Part shown: piece after piece, positions 35,401 through 48,808 of the stretch
Position numbering within the stretch: the stretch's first letter is position 1
Layout of the letters: each line of letters opens with the position of its first letter
Assembly: GCF_009914755.1 (NCBI RefSeq)
Contig: NC_060928.1
Source: the human T2T-CHM13v2.0 reference genome, Homo sapiens
Direction: 5' to 3' (one strand)
Length of the DNA: 64,000 bases
The notes under the pieces: generated by a model
Told to the model about the DNA's origin: nothing
Database searches by the model: none
The model's input: only the letters and a program-made list of their open reading frames with translations
Program-made: the position numbers and the translations under genes

Positions 35401-38400
35401 AAATCTAGACAGAAGCATTCTCAGAAACTTCTTTGTGCTGTATGTCCTCAATTAACAGAGTTGAACCATTGCTTGGATACAGCATTTTGGAAACATTCCT
35501 TGAGTAGAATCTGCAAGTTGATATTTAGATAGATTTGAAGATTTCGTTGGAAAAGGGAATATCTCCATATAAAATCTAGAGGGAAGCATTCTCAGAAACT
35601 GCTTTGTGATGTTTCCATTCAAGTCACAGAGTTGAATATTCCCTTTTATAGAGCACGTTTGAAACACTCTTTCTGCACTATCTGGAAGTGGACATTTCGA
35701 GCGCTTTGAGGCCTATGGTGAAAAAGGAAATATCTTCCCATAAAAACTAGACAGAAGCATTCTCAGAAACTTGTTTGTGATGTGTGTATTCAACTAACAG
35801 AGTTGAACTTTTGTTTTTACAGAGCCGTTTTAAAACACTCTTTTTGTGGAATCAGAAAGTGGATATTCGGATGGCTCTGAGGATTTCGTTGGAAGCGGGA
35901 TTACATATAAAATCTAGAGAGAAGCATTCTCAGGAACTTCTTTGTGATGTTTGCATTGAAGTCACAGAATTGAACATTCACTTTGATAGAGCAGGTTTGA
36001 AACACTCATTCTGTAGTATCTGGAAGTGGACATTTCAAGCGCTTTCAGGCCTATGGTGAGAAAGGAAATATCTTCGAATAAAAACTAGACAGAAGCATCC
36101 TCAGAAACTTATTTGTGATGTGTGTCCTCAACTAACAGAGTTGAAACTTTGTTTTGATACAGCATTTTGGAAACACTCTTTTTGTAGAATCTGCAGGTGG
36201 ATATTTGGATAGCTTAGAGGGATTCGTTGGAAAGGGGATATCTTCATATAAAATCTAGACAGAAGCATTCTCAGAAACTTATTTGTGATGTGTGTCCTCA
36301 ACTAACAGAGTTGAACCTTGGTTTTGATACAGCATTTTGGAAACACTCCTTTTGTAGAATCTGCAGGTGGATATGTGGATAGCTCTGAAGATTTCGTTGG
36401 AAACGGGAATTTCTTCATATAAAATCAAACAGAAGCATTCTCAGAAACTTCTCAGTGATGTTTGCATTCAGCTCATGGAGTTGAACACTTCCTTTCATAG
36501 AGCCGGTTTGAAACACTCTTTCTGCACTACCTGGAAGAGGACATTTCGAGCGCTTTGAGTCCTATGGTGAAAAAGGAAATATCTTCTCATAAAAACCAGA
36601 AAGAAGCATTCTCAGAAACTTCTTTGTGTTGTGTGTACTCATGTAACAGTGTTGAACCATCCTTTTGACAGAGCAGTTTTGAAACACTCTTTTTGTAGAA
36701 TCTGCAAGTGGATATTTGGATAGCTTTGAGGATTTCGTTGGAAATGGGATGACATATAATATCTAGAGAGAAGCATACTCAGGAACTTCTTTGTGATGTT
36801 TGCATTCAAGTCACAGAATTGAACATTCCCTTTCATAGAGCAGGTTTGAAACACTCTTTCTCTAGTATCTGGAAGTGGGCATTTCAAGCGCTTTCAGGCC
36901 TATGGAGAGAAAGGAAATACCTTCAAATAAAAACTAGACAGAAGCATTCTCAGAAACTTATTTGTGATGTGTGTCCTCAACTAACAGAGTTGAACCTTTG
37001 TTTTGATACAGCATTTTGGAAACACTCCTTTTGTAGAATCTGCAGGTGGATATTTGGATAACTTTGAAGATTTCGTTGGAAACCGGAATATCTTCATATA
37101 AAATCAAGACAGAAGCATTCTCGGAAACATCTCTGTGATGTTTGCATTCAACTCAGTAGAGTTGAACACTTCCTTTCATAGAGCAGGTTTGAAACACTCT
37201 TTCTGCACTACCTGGAAGCGGACATTTCGAGCGCTTTGAGGCCTATGGTGAAAAAGGAAATATCTTCTCATAAAAACCAGAAAGAAGCATTCTCAGAAAC
37301 TTCTTTGTGTTGTGTGTACTCAAGTAACAGTGTTGAACCTTCCTTTTGACACAGCAGTTTTGAAACACTCTTTTGGTAGAATCTGCAAGTGGATATTTGG
37401 ATAGCTTTGAGGATTTCGTTGGAAACGGGTTATCTTCATATAAAATCCAGACAGGAGCATTCTCAGAAACTTCTTTGTGCTGCATGTCCTCAATTCACAG
37501 AGCTGAACCTTTGTTTGGATACAGCATTTTGGAAACATTCCTTTAGTAGAATCTGCAAGTTGATATTTAGATAGCTTTGAAGATTTTGTTGGAAACGGGA
37601 ATATCTTCATAGAAAATCTAGACGGAAGCATTCTCAGAAACTGCTTTGTGATGTTTGCATTCAAGTCACAGAGTTGAATATTCCCTTTTATAGAGTAGGT
37701 TTGAAACACTCTTTTGGCACTACCTGGAAGTGGATATTTCGAGCTCTTTGAGGCCTATGGTTAAAAGGAAATATCTTCCCATAAAAACTAGACAGAAGCC
37801 GTCTCAGAAACTTGTTTGTGATGTGTGTATTCAACTAACAGAGTTGAACATTTCTGTTACAGAGCAATTTTAAAACACTCTTTTTGTGGAATCTGAAAGT
37901 GGATAATTGGATAGCTTTGTGGATTTCGTTGGAAACGGGATGACGTATAAAATCTAGAGAGAAGCATTCTCAGGAACTTCTTTGTGATGTTTGCATTCAA
38001 GTCACAGAATTGAACATTCCCTTTCATAGAGCAGGTTTGAAACACTCTTTCTCTAGTATCTGGAAGTGGGCATTTCAAGCGCTTTCAGGCCTATGGAGAG
38101 AAAGGAAATACCTTCAAATAAAAACTAGACAGAAGCATTCTCAGAAACTTATTTGTGATGTGTGTCCTCAACTAACAGAGTTGAACCTTTGTTTTGATAC
38201 AGCATTTTGGAAACACTCCTTTTGTAGGATCTGCAGGTGGATATTTGGATAGATTTTAAGATTTCGTTGGAAACGGGAGTTTCTTCATAGAAACTCAAGA
38301 CAGATGCATTCTCAGAAACATCTCTGTGATGTTTGCATTCCACTCATAGATTTGAAAACTTCCTTTCATAGAGCAGGTTTGAAACACTCTTTTTGTAATA

Positions 38401-41400
38401 TTTGGAAGTGGACATTTGCAGCGCTTTGAGGCCTATGGTGAAAAAGGAAATATCTTCTCATAAAAACCAGAAACAAGCATTCTCAGAAACTTCTTTTTGA
38501 TGTGTGTACTCAAGTAACAGAGTTGAACCTTCCTTTTGACACAGCAGTTTTGAAACAATCTTTTTGTAGAATCTGCAAGTGGATATTTGGATAGCTTTGA
38601 GGATTTCGTTGGAAACGGGATATCTTCATATAAAATCTAGACAGAAGCATTCTCAGAAACTTCTTTGTGCTGTATGCCCTCAATTAACAGAGTTGAACCA
38701 TTGCTTGGATACAGCATTTTGGAAACATTCCTTGAGTAGAATCTGCAAGTTGATATTTAGATAGATTTGAAGATTTCGTTGGAAAAGGGAATATCTCCAT
38801 ATAAAATCTAGAGGGAAGCATTCTCAGAAACTGCTCTGTGATGTTTCCATTCAAGTCACAGAGTTGAATATTCCCTTTTATAGAGCACGTTTGAAACACT
38901 CTTTCTGCACTATCTGGAAGTGGACATTTCGAGCGCTTTGAGGCCTATGGTGAAAAAGGAAATATCTTCCCATAAAAACCAGACAGAAGCATTCTCAGAA
39001 ACTTGTTTGTGATGTGTGTATTCAACTAACAGAGTTGAACTTTTGTTTTTACAGAGCCGTTTTAAAACACTCTTTTTGTGGAATCAGAAAGTGGATATTC
39101 GGATGGCTCTGAGGATTTCGTTGGAAGCGGGATTACATATAAAATCTAGAGAGAAGCATTCTCAGGAACTTCTTTGTGATGTTTGCATTGAAGTCACAGA
39201 ATTGAACATTCACTTTGATAGAGCAGGTTTGAAACACTCATTCTGTAGTATCTGGAAGTGGACATTTCAAGCGCTTTCAGGCCTATGGTGAGAAAGGAAA
39301 TATCTTCGAATAAAAACTAGACAGAAGCATCCTCAGAAACTTATTTGTGATGTGTGTCCTCAACTAACAGAGTTGAAACTTTGTTTTGATACAGCATTTT
39401 GGAAACACTCTTTTTGTAGAATCTGCAGGTGGATATTTGGATAGCTTAGAGGGATTCGTTGGAAAGGGGATATCTTCATATAAAATCTAGACAGAAGCAT
39501 TCTCAGAAACTTATTTGTGATGTGTGTCCTCAACTAACAGAGTTGAACCTTGGTTTTGATACAGCATTTTGGAAACACTCCTTTTGTAGAATCTGCAGGT
39601 GGATATGTGGATAGCTCTGAAGATTTCGTTGGAAACGGGAATTTCTTCATATAAAATCAAACAGAAGCATTCTCAGAAACTTCTCAGTGATGTTTGCATT
39701 CAGCTCATGGAGTTGAACACTTCCTTTCATAGAGCCGGTTTGAAACACTCTTTCTGCACTACCTGGAAGAGGACATTTCGAGCGCTTTGAGTCCTATGGT
39801 GAAAAAGGAAATATCTTCTCATAAAAACCAGAAAGAAGCATTCTCAGAAACTTCTTTGTGTTGTGTGTACTCATGTAACAGTGTTGAACCATCCTTTTGA
39901 CAGAGCAGTTTTGAAACACTCTTTTTGTAGAATCTGCAAGTGGATATTTGGATAGCTTTGAGGATTTCGTTGGAAACGGGATGACATATAATATCTAGAG
40001 AGAAGCATACTCAGGAACTTCTTTGTGATGTTTGCATTCAAGTCACAGAATTGAACATTCCCTTTCATAGAGCAGGTTTGAAACACTCTTTCTCTAGTAT
40101 CTGGAAGTGGGCATTTCAAGCGCTTTCAGGCCTATGGAGAGAAAGGAAATACCTTCAAATAAAAACTAGACAGAAGCATTCTCAGAAACTTATTTGTGAT
40201 GTGTGTCCTCAACTAACAGAGTTGAACCTTTGTTTTGATACAGCATTTTGGAAACACTCCTTTTGTAGAATCTGCAGGTGGATATTTGGATAACTTTGAA
40301 GATTTCGTTGGAAACCGGAATATCTTCATATAAAATCAAGACAGAAGCATTCTCGGAAACATCTCTGTGATGTTTGCATTCAACTCAGTAGAGTTGAACA
40401 CTTCCTTTCATAGAGCAGGTTTGAAACACTCTTTCTGCACTACCTGGAAGCGGACATTTCGAGCGCTTTGAGGCCTATGGTGAAAAAGGAAATATCTTCT
40501 CATAAAAACCAGAAAGAAGCATTCTCAGAAACTTCTTTGTGTTGTGTGTACTCAAGTAACAGTGTTGAACCTTCCTTTTGACACAGCAGTTTTGAAACAC
40601 TCTTTTGGTAGAATCTGCAAGTGGATATTTGGATAGCTTTGAGGATTTCGTTGGAAACGGGTTATCTTCATATAAAATCCAGACAGGAGCATTCTCAGAA
40701 ACTTCTTTGTGCTGCATGTCCTCAATTCACAGAGCTGAACCTTTGTTTGGATACAGCATTTTGGAAACATTCCTTTAGTAGAATCTGCAAGTTGATATTT
40801 AGATAGCTTTGAAGATTTCGTTGGAAACGGGAATATCTTCATAGAAAATCTAGACGGAAGCATTCTCAGAAACTGCTTTGTGATGTTTGCATTCAAGTCA
40901 CAGAGTTGAATATTCCCTTTTATAGAGTAGGTTTGAAACACTCTTTCGGCACTACCTGGAAGTGGATATTTCGAGCTCTTTGAGGCCTATGGTTAAAAGG
41001 AAATATCTTCCCATAAAAACTAGACAGAAGCCGTCTCAGAAACTTGTTTGTGATGTGTGTATTCAACTAACAGAGTTGAACATTTCTGTTACAGAGCAAT
41101 TTTAAAACACTCTTTTTGTGGAATCTGAAAGTGGATAATTGGATAGCTTTGTGGATTTCGTTGGAAACGGGATGACGTATAAAATCTAGAGAGAAGCATT
41201 CTCAGGAACTTCTTTGTGATGTTTGCATTCAAGTCACAGAATTGAACATTCCCTTTCATAGAGCAGGTTTGAAACACTCTTTCTCTAGTATCTGGAAGTG
41301 GGCATTTCAAGCGCTTTCAGGCCTATGGAGAGAAAGGAAATACCTTCAAATAAAAACTAGACAGAAGCATTCTCAGAAACTTATTTGTGATGTGTGTCCT

Positions 41401-44400
41401 CAACTAACAGAGTTGAACCTTTGTTTTGATACAGCATTTTGGAAACACTCCTTTTGTAGGATCTGCAGGTGGATATTTGGATAGATTTTAAGATTTCGTT
41501 GGAAACGGGAGTTTCTTCATAGAAACTCAAGACAGATGCATTCTCAGAAACATCTCTGTGATGTTTGCATTCCACTCATAGATTTGAAAACTTCCTTTCA
41601 TAGAGCAGGTTTGAAACACTCTTTTTGTAATATTTGGAAGTGGACATTTGCAGCGCTTTGAGGCCTATGGTGAAAAAGGAAATATCTTCTCATAAAAACC
41701 AGAAACAAGCATTCTCAGAAACTTCTTTTTGATGTGTGTACTCAAGTAACAGAGTTGAACCTTCCTTTTGACACAGCAGTTTTGAAACAATCTTTTTGTA
41801 GAATCTGCAAGTGGATATTTGGATAGCTTTGAGGATTTCGTTGGAAACGGGATATCTTCATATAAAATCTAGACAGAAGCATTCTCAGAAACTTCTTTGT
41901 GCTGTATGCCCTCAATTAACAGAGTTGAACCATTGCTTGGATACAGCATTTTGGAAACATTCCTTGAGTAGAATCTGCAAGTTGATATTTAGATAGATTT
42001 GAAGATTTCGTTGGAAAAGGGAATATCTCCATATAAAATCTAGAGGGAAGCATTCTCAGAAACTGCTCTGTGATGTTTCCATTCAAGTCACAGAGTTGAA
42101 TATTCCCTTTTATAGAGCACGTTTGAAACACTCTTTCTGCACTATCTGGAAGTGGACATTTCGAGCGCTTTGAGGCCTATGGTGAAAAAGGAAATATCTT
42201 CCCATAAAAACCAGACAGAAGCATTCTCAGAAACTTGTTTGTGATGTGTGTATTCAACTAACAGAGTTGAACTTTTGTTTTTACAGAGCCGTTTTAAAAC
42301 ACTCTTTTTGTGGAATCAGAAAGTGGATATTCGGATGGCTCTGAGGATTTCGTTGGAAGCGGGATTACATATAAAATCTAGAGAGAAGCATTCTCAGGAA
42401 CTTCTTTGTGATGTTTGCATTGAAGTCACAGAATTGAACATTCACTTTGATAGAGCAGGTTTGAAACACTCATTCTGTAGTATCTGGAAGTGGACATTTC
42501 AAGCGCTTTCAGGCCTATGGTGAGAAAGGAAATATCTTCGAATAAAAACTAGACAGAAGCATCCTCAGAAACTTATTTGTGATGTGTGTCCTCAACTAAC
42601 AGAGTTGAAACTTTGTTTTGATACAGCATTTTGGAAACACTCTTTTTGTAGAATCTGCAGGTGGATATTTGGATAGCTTAGAGGGATTCGTTGGAAAGGG
42701 GATATCTTCATATAAAATCTAGACAGAAGCATTCTCAGAAACTTATTTGTGATGTGTGTCCTCAACTAACAGAGTTGAACCTTGGTTTTGATACAGCATT
42801 TTGGAAACACTCCTTTTGTAGAATCTGCAGGTGGATATGTGGATAGCTCTGAAGATTTCGTTGGAAACGGGAATTTCTTCATATAAAATCAAACAGAAGC
42901 ATTCTCAGAAACTTCTCAGTGATGTTTGCATTCAGCTCATGGAGTTGAACACTTCCTTTCATAGAGCCGGTTTGAAACACTCTTTCTGCACTACCTGGAA
43001 GAGGACATTTCGAGCGCTTTGAGTCCTATGGTGAAAAAGGAAATATCTTCTCATAAAAACCAGAAAGAAGCATTCTCAGAAACTTCTTTGTGTTGTGTGT
43101 ACTCATGTAACAGTGTTGAACCATCCTTTTGACAGAGCAGTTTTGAAACACTCTTTTTGTAGAATCTGCAAGTGGATATTTGGATAGCTTTGAGGATTTC
43201 GTTGGAAACGGGATGACATATAATATCTAGAGAGAAGCATTCTCAGGAACTTCTTTGTGCTGTTTGCATTCAAGTCACAGAATTGAACATTCCCTTTCAT
43301 AGAGCAGATTTGAAACACTCTTTCTCTAGTATCTGGAAGTGGGCATTTCAAGCGCTTTCAGGCCTATGGAGAGAAAGGAAATACCTTCAAATAAAAACTA
43401 GACAGAAGCATTCTCAGAAACTTATTTGTGATGTGTGTCCTCAACTAACAGAGTTGAACCTTTGTTTTGATACAGCATTTTGGAAACACTCCTTTTGTAG
43501 AATCTGCAGGTGGATATTTGGATAGCTTTGAAGATTTCGTTGGAAACCGGAATATCTTCATATAAAATCAAGACAGAAGCATTCTCGGAAACATCTCTGT
43601 GGTGTTTGCATTCAACTCAGTAGAGTTGAACACTTCCTTTCATAGAGCCGGTTTGAAACACTCTTTCTGCACTACCTGGAAGCGGACATTTCGAGCGCTT
43701 TGAGGCCTATGGTGAAAAAGGAAATATCTTCTCATAAAAACCAGAAAGAAGCATTCTCAGAAACTTCTTTGTGTTGTGTGTACTCAAGTAACAGTGTTGA
43801 ACCTTCCTTTTGACACAGCAGTTTTGAAACACTCTTTTGGTAGAATCTGCAAGTGGATATTTGGATAGCTTTGAGGATTTCGTTGGAAACGGGTTATCTT
43901 CATATAAAATCCAGACAGGAGCATTCTCAGAAACTTCTTTGTGCTGCATGTCCTCAATTCACAGAGCTGAACCTTTGTTTGGATACAGCATTTTGGAAAC
44001 ATTCCTTTAGTAGAATCTGCAAGTTGATATTTAGATAGCTTTGAAGATTTCGTTGGAAACGGGAATATCTTCATAGAAAATCTAGACGGAAGCATTCTCA
44101 GAAACTGCTTTGTGATGTTTGCATTCAAGTCACAGAGTTGAATATTCCCTTTTATAGAGTAGGTTTGAAACACTCTTTCGGCACTACCTGGAAGTGGATA
44201 TTTCGAGCTCTTTGAGGCCTATGGTTAAAAGGAAATATCTTCCCATAAAAACTAGACAGAAGCCGTCTCAGAAACTTGTTTGTGATGTGTGTATTCAACT
44301 AACAGAGTTGAACATTTCTGTTACAGAGCAATTTTAAAACACTCTTTTTGTGGAATCTGAAAGTGGATAATTGGATAGCTTTGTGGATTTCGTTGGAAAC

Positions 44401-47400
44401 GGGATGACGTATAAAATCTAGATTGAAGCATTCTCAGGAACTTCTTTCTGATGTTTGCATTCAAGTCACAGAATTGAACATTCCTTTTCATAGTGCAGGT
44501 TTGAAACACTCTTTCTGTAGTATCTGGAAGTGGACATTTCAAGCGCTTTCAGGCCTACGGGGAGAAAGGAAATATCTTCAAATAAAAACTAGATAGAAGG
44601 ATTCTCAGAAACTTATTTGTGATGTGTGTCCTAAACGAACACAGTTGAACCTTTGTTTTGATACAGCATTTTGGAAACACTCCTTTTGTAGGATCTGCAG
44701 GTTGATATTTGGATAGATTTTAAGATTTCGTTGGAAACGGGAGTTTCTTCATAGAAACTCAAGACAGATGCATTCTCAGAAACATCTCTGTGATGTTTGC
44801 ATTCCACTCATAGATTTGAAAACTTCCTTTCATAGAGCAGGTTTGAAACACTCTTTTTGTAATATTTGGAAGTGGACATTTGCAGCGCTTTGAGGCCTAT
44901 GGTGAAAAAGGAAATATCTTCTCATAAAAACCAGAAACAAGCATTCTCAGAAACTTCTTTTTGATGTGTGTACTCAAGTAACAGAGTTGAACCTTCCTTT
45001 TGACACAGCAGTTTTGAAACAATCTTTTTGTAGAATCTGCAAGTGGATATTTGGATAGCTTTGAGGATTTCGTTGGAAACGGGATATCTTCATATAAAAT
45101 CTAGACAGAAGCATTCTCAGAAACTTCTTTGTGCTGTATGTCCTCAATTAACAGAGTTGAACCATTGCTTGGATACAGCATTTTGGAAACATTCCTTGAG
45201 TAGAATCTGCAAGTTGATATTTAGATAGATTTGAAGATTTCGTTGGAAAAGGGAATATCTCCATAGAAAATCTAGAGGGAAGCATTCTCAGAAACTGCTT
45301 TGTGATGTTTCCATTCAAGTCACAGAGTTGAATATTCCCTTTTATAGAGCACGTTTGAAACACTCTTTCTGCACTATCTGGAAGTGGACATTTCGAGCGC
45401 TTTGAGGCCTATGGTGAAAAAGGAAATATCTTCCCATAAAAACTAGACAGAAGCATTCTCAGAAACTTGTTTGTGATGTGTGTATTCAACTAACAGAGTT
45501 GAACTTTTGTTTTTACAGAGCCGTTTTAAAACACTCTTTTTGTGGAATCAGAAAGTGGATATTCGGATGGCTCTGAGGATTTCGTTGGAAGCGGGATTAC
45601 ATATAAAATCTAGAGAGAAGCATTCTCAGGAACTTCTTTGTGATGTTTGCATTGAAGTCACAGAATTGAACATTCACTTTGATAGAGCAGGTTTGAAACA
45701 CTCATTCTGTAGTATCTGGAAGTGGACATTTCAAGCGCTTTCAGGCCTATGGTGAGAAAGGAAATATCTTCGAATAAAAACTAGACAGAAGCATCCTCAG
45801 AAACTTATTTGTGATGTGTGTCCTCAACTAACAGAGTTGAAACTTTGTTTTGATACAGCATTTTGGAAACACTCTTTTTGTAGAATCTGCAGGTGGATAT
45901 TTGGATAGCTTAGAGGGATTCGTTGGAAAGGGGATATCTTCATATAAAATCTAGAGAGAAGCATTCTCAGAAACTTATTTGTGATGTGTGTCCTCAACTA
46001 ACAGAGTTGAACCTTGGTTTTGATACAGCATTTTGGAAACGCTCCTTTTGTAGAATCTGCAGGTGGATATGTGGATAGCTCTGAAGATTTCGTTGGAAAC
46101 GGGAATTTCTTCATATAAAATCAAACAGAAGCATTCTCAGAAACTTCTCAGTGATGTTTGCATTCAGCTCATGGAGTTGAACACTTCCTTTCATAGAGCC
46201 GGTTTGAAACACTCTTTCTGCACTACCTGGAAGAGGACATTTCGAGCGCTTTGAGTCCTATGGTGAAAAAGGAAATATCTTCTCATAAAAACCAGAAAGA
46301 AGCATTCTCAGAAACTTCTTTGTGTTGTGTGTACTCATGTAACAGTGTTGAACCATCCTTTTGACAGAGCAGTTTTGAAACACTCTTTTTGTAGAATCTG
46401 CAAGTGGATATTTGGATAGCTTTGAGGATTTCGTTGGAAACGGGATGACATATAATATCTAGAGAGAAGCATTCTCAGGAACTTCTTTGTGATGTTTGCA
46501 TTCAAGTCACAGAATTGAACATTCCCTTTCATAGAGCAGGTTTGAAACACTCTTTCTCTAGTATCTGGAAGTGGGCATTTCAAGCGCTTTCAGGCCTATG
46601 GAGAGAAAGGAAATACCTTCAAATAAAAACTAGACAGAAGCATTCTCAGAAACTTATTTGTGATGTGTGTCCTCAACTAACAGAGTTGAACCTTTGTTTT
46701 GATACAGCATTTTGGAAACACTCCTTTTGTAGAATCTGCAGGTGGATATTTGGATAACTTTGAAGATTTCGTTGGAAACCGGAATATCTTCATATAAAAT
46801 CAAGACAGAAGCATTCTCGGAAACAACTCTGTGATGTTTGCATTCAACTCAGTAGAGTTGAACACTTCCTTTCATAGAGCCGGTTTGAAACACTCTTTCT
46901 GCACTACCTGGAAGCGGACATTTCGAGCGCTTTGAGGCCTATGGTGAAAAAGGAAATATCTTCTCATAAAAACCAGAAAGAAGCATTCTCAGAAACTTCT
47001 TTGTGTTGTGTGTACTCAAGTAACAGTGTTGAACCTTCCTTTTGACACAGCAGTTTTGAAACACTCTTTTGGTAGAATCTGCAAGTGGATATTTGGATAG
47101 CTTTGAGGATTTCGTTGGAAACGGGTTATCTTCATATAAAATCCAGACAGGAGCATTCTCAGAAACTTCTTTGTGCTGCATGTCCTCAATTCACAGAGCT
47201 GAACCTTTGTTTGGATACAGCATTTTGGAAACATTCCTTTAGTAGAATCTGCAAGTTGATATTTAGATAGCTTTGAAGATTTCGTTGGAAACGGGAATAT
47301 CTTCATAGAAAATCTAGACGGAAGCATTCTCAGAAACTGCTTTGTGATGTTTGCATTCAAGTCACAGAGTTGAATATTCCCTTTTATAGAGTAGGTTTGA

Positions 47401-48808
47401 AACACTCTTTCGGCACTACCTGGAAGTGGATATTTCGAGCTCTTTGAGGCCTATGGTTAAAAGGAAATATCTTCCCATAAAAACTAGACAGAAGCCGTCT
47501 CAGAAACTTGTTTGTGATGTGTGTATTCAACTAACAGAGTTGAACATTTCTGTTACAGAGCAATTTTAAAACACTCTTTTTGTGGAATCTGAAAGTGGAT
47601 AATTGGATAGCTTTGTGGATTTCGTTGGAAACGGGATGACGTATAAAATCTAGAGAGAAGCATTCTCAGGAACTTCTTTCTGATGTTTGCATTCAAGTCA
47701 CAGAATTGAACATTCCTTTTCATAGTGCAGGTTTGAAACACTCTTTCTGTAGTATCTGGAAGTGGACATTTCAAGCGCTTTCAGGCCTACGGGGAGAAAG
47801 GAAATATCTTCAAATAAAAACTAGACAGAAGGATTCTCAGAAACTTATTTGTGATGTGTGTCCTAAACGAACACAGTTGAACCTTTGTTTAGATACAGCA
47901 TTTTGGAAACACTCCTTTTGTAGGATCTGCAGGTGGATATTTGGATAGATTTTAAGATTTCGTTGGAAACGGGAGTTTCTTCATAGAAACTCAAGACAGA
48001 TGCATTCTCAGAAACATCTCTGTGATGTTTGCATTCCACTCATAGAGTTGAAAACTTCCTTTCATAGAGCAGGTTTGAAACACTCTTTTTGTAATATTTG
48101 GAAGTGGACATTTGCAGCGCTTTGAGGCCTATGGTGAAAAAGGAAATATCTTCTCATAAAAACCAGAAACAAGCATTCTCAGAAACTTCTTTTTGATGTG
48201 TGTACTCAAGTAACAGAGTTGAACCTTCCTTTTGACACAGCAGTTTTGAAACAATCTTTTTGTAGAATCTGCAAGTGGATATTTGGATAGCTTTGAGGAT
48301 TTCGTTGGAAACGGGATATCTTCATATAAAATCTAGACAGAAGCATTCTCAGAAACTTCTTTGTGCTGTATGTCCTCAATTAACAGAGTTGAACCATTGC
48401 TTGGATACAGCATTTTGGAAACATTCCTTGAGTAGAATCTGCAAGTTGATATTGAGATAGATTTGAAGATTTCGTTGGAAAAGGGAATATCTCCATATAA
48501 AATCTAGACGGAAGCATTCTCAGAAACTGCTTTGTGATGTTTCCATTCAAGTCACAGAGTTGAATATTCCCTTTTATAGAGCACGTTTGAAACACTCTTT
48601 CTGCACTATCTGGAAGTGGACATTTCGAGCGCTTTGAGGCCTATGGTGAAAAAGGAAATATCTTCCCATAAAAATTAGACAGAAGCATTCTCAGAAACTT
48701 GTTTGTGATGTGTGTATTCAACTAACAGAGTTGAACTTTTGTTTTTACAGAGCCGTTTTAAAACACTCTTTTTGTGGAATCAGAAAGTGGATATTCGGAT
48801 GGCTCTGA
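29417..48808 (+). repeat. Six canonical 19-mer HOR units (3232 bp each)
   Basis: Marker at 29417, 32649, 35881, 39113, 42345, 45577, 48809, with exact 3232-bp spacing. Confidence 0.95.
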
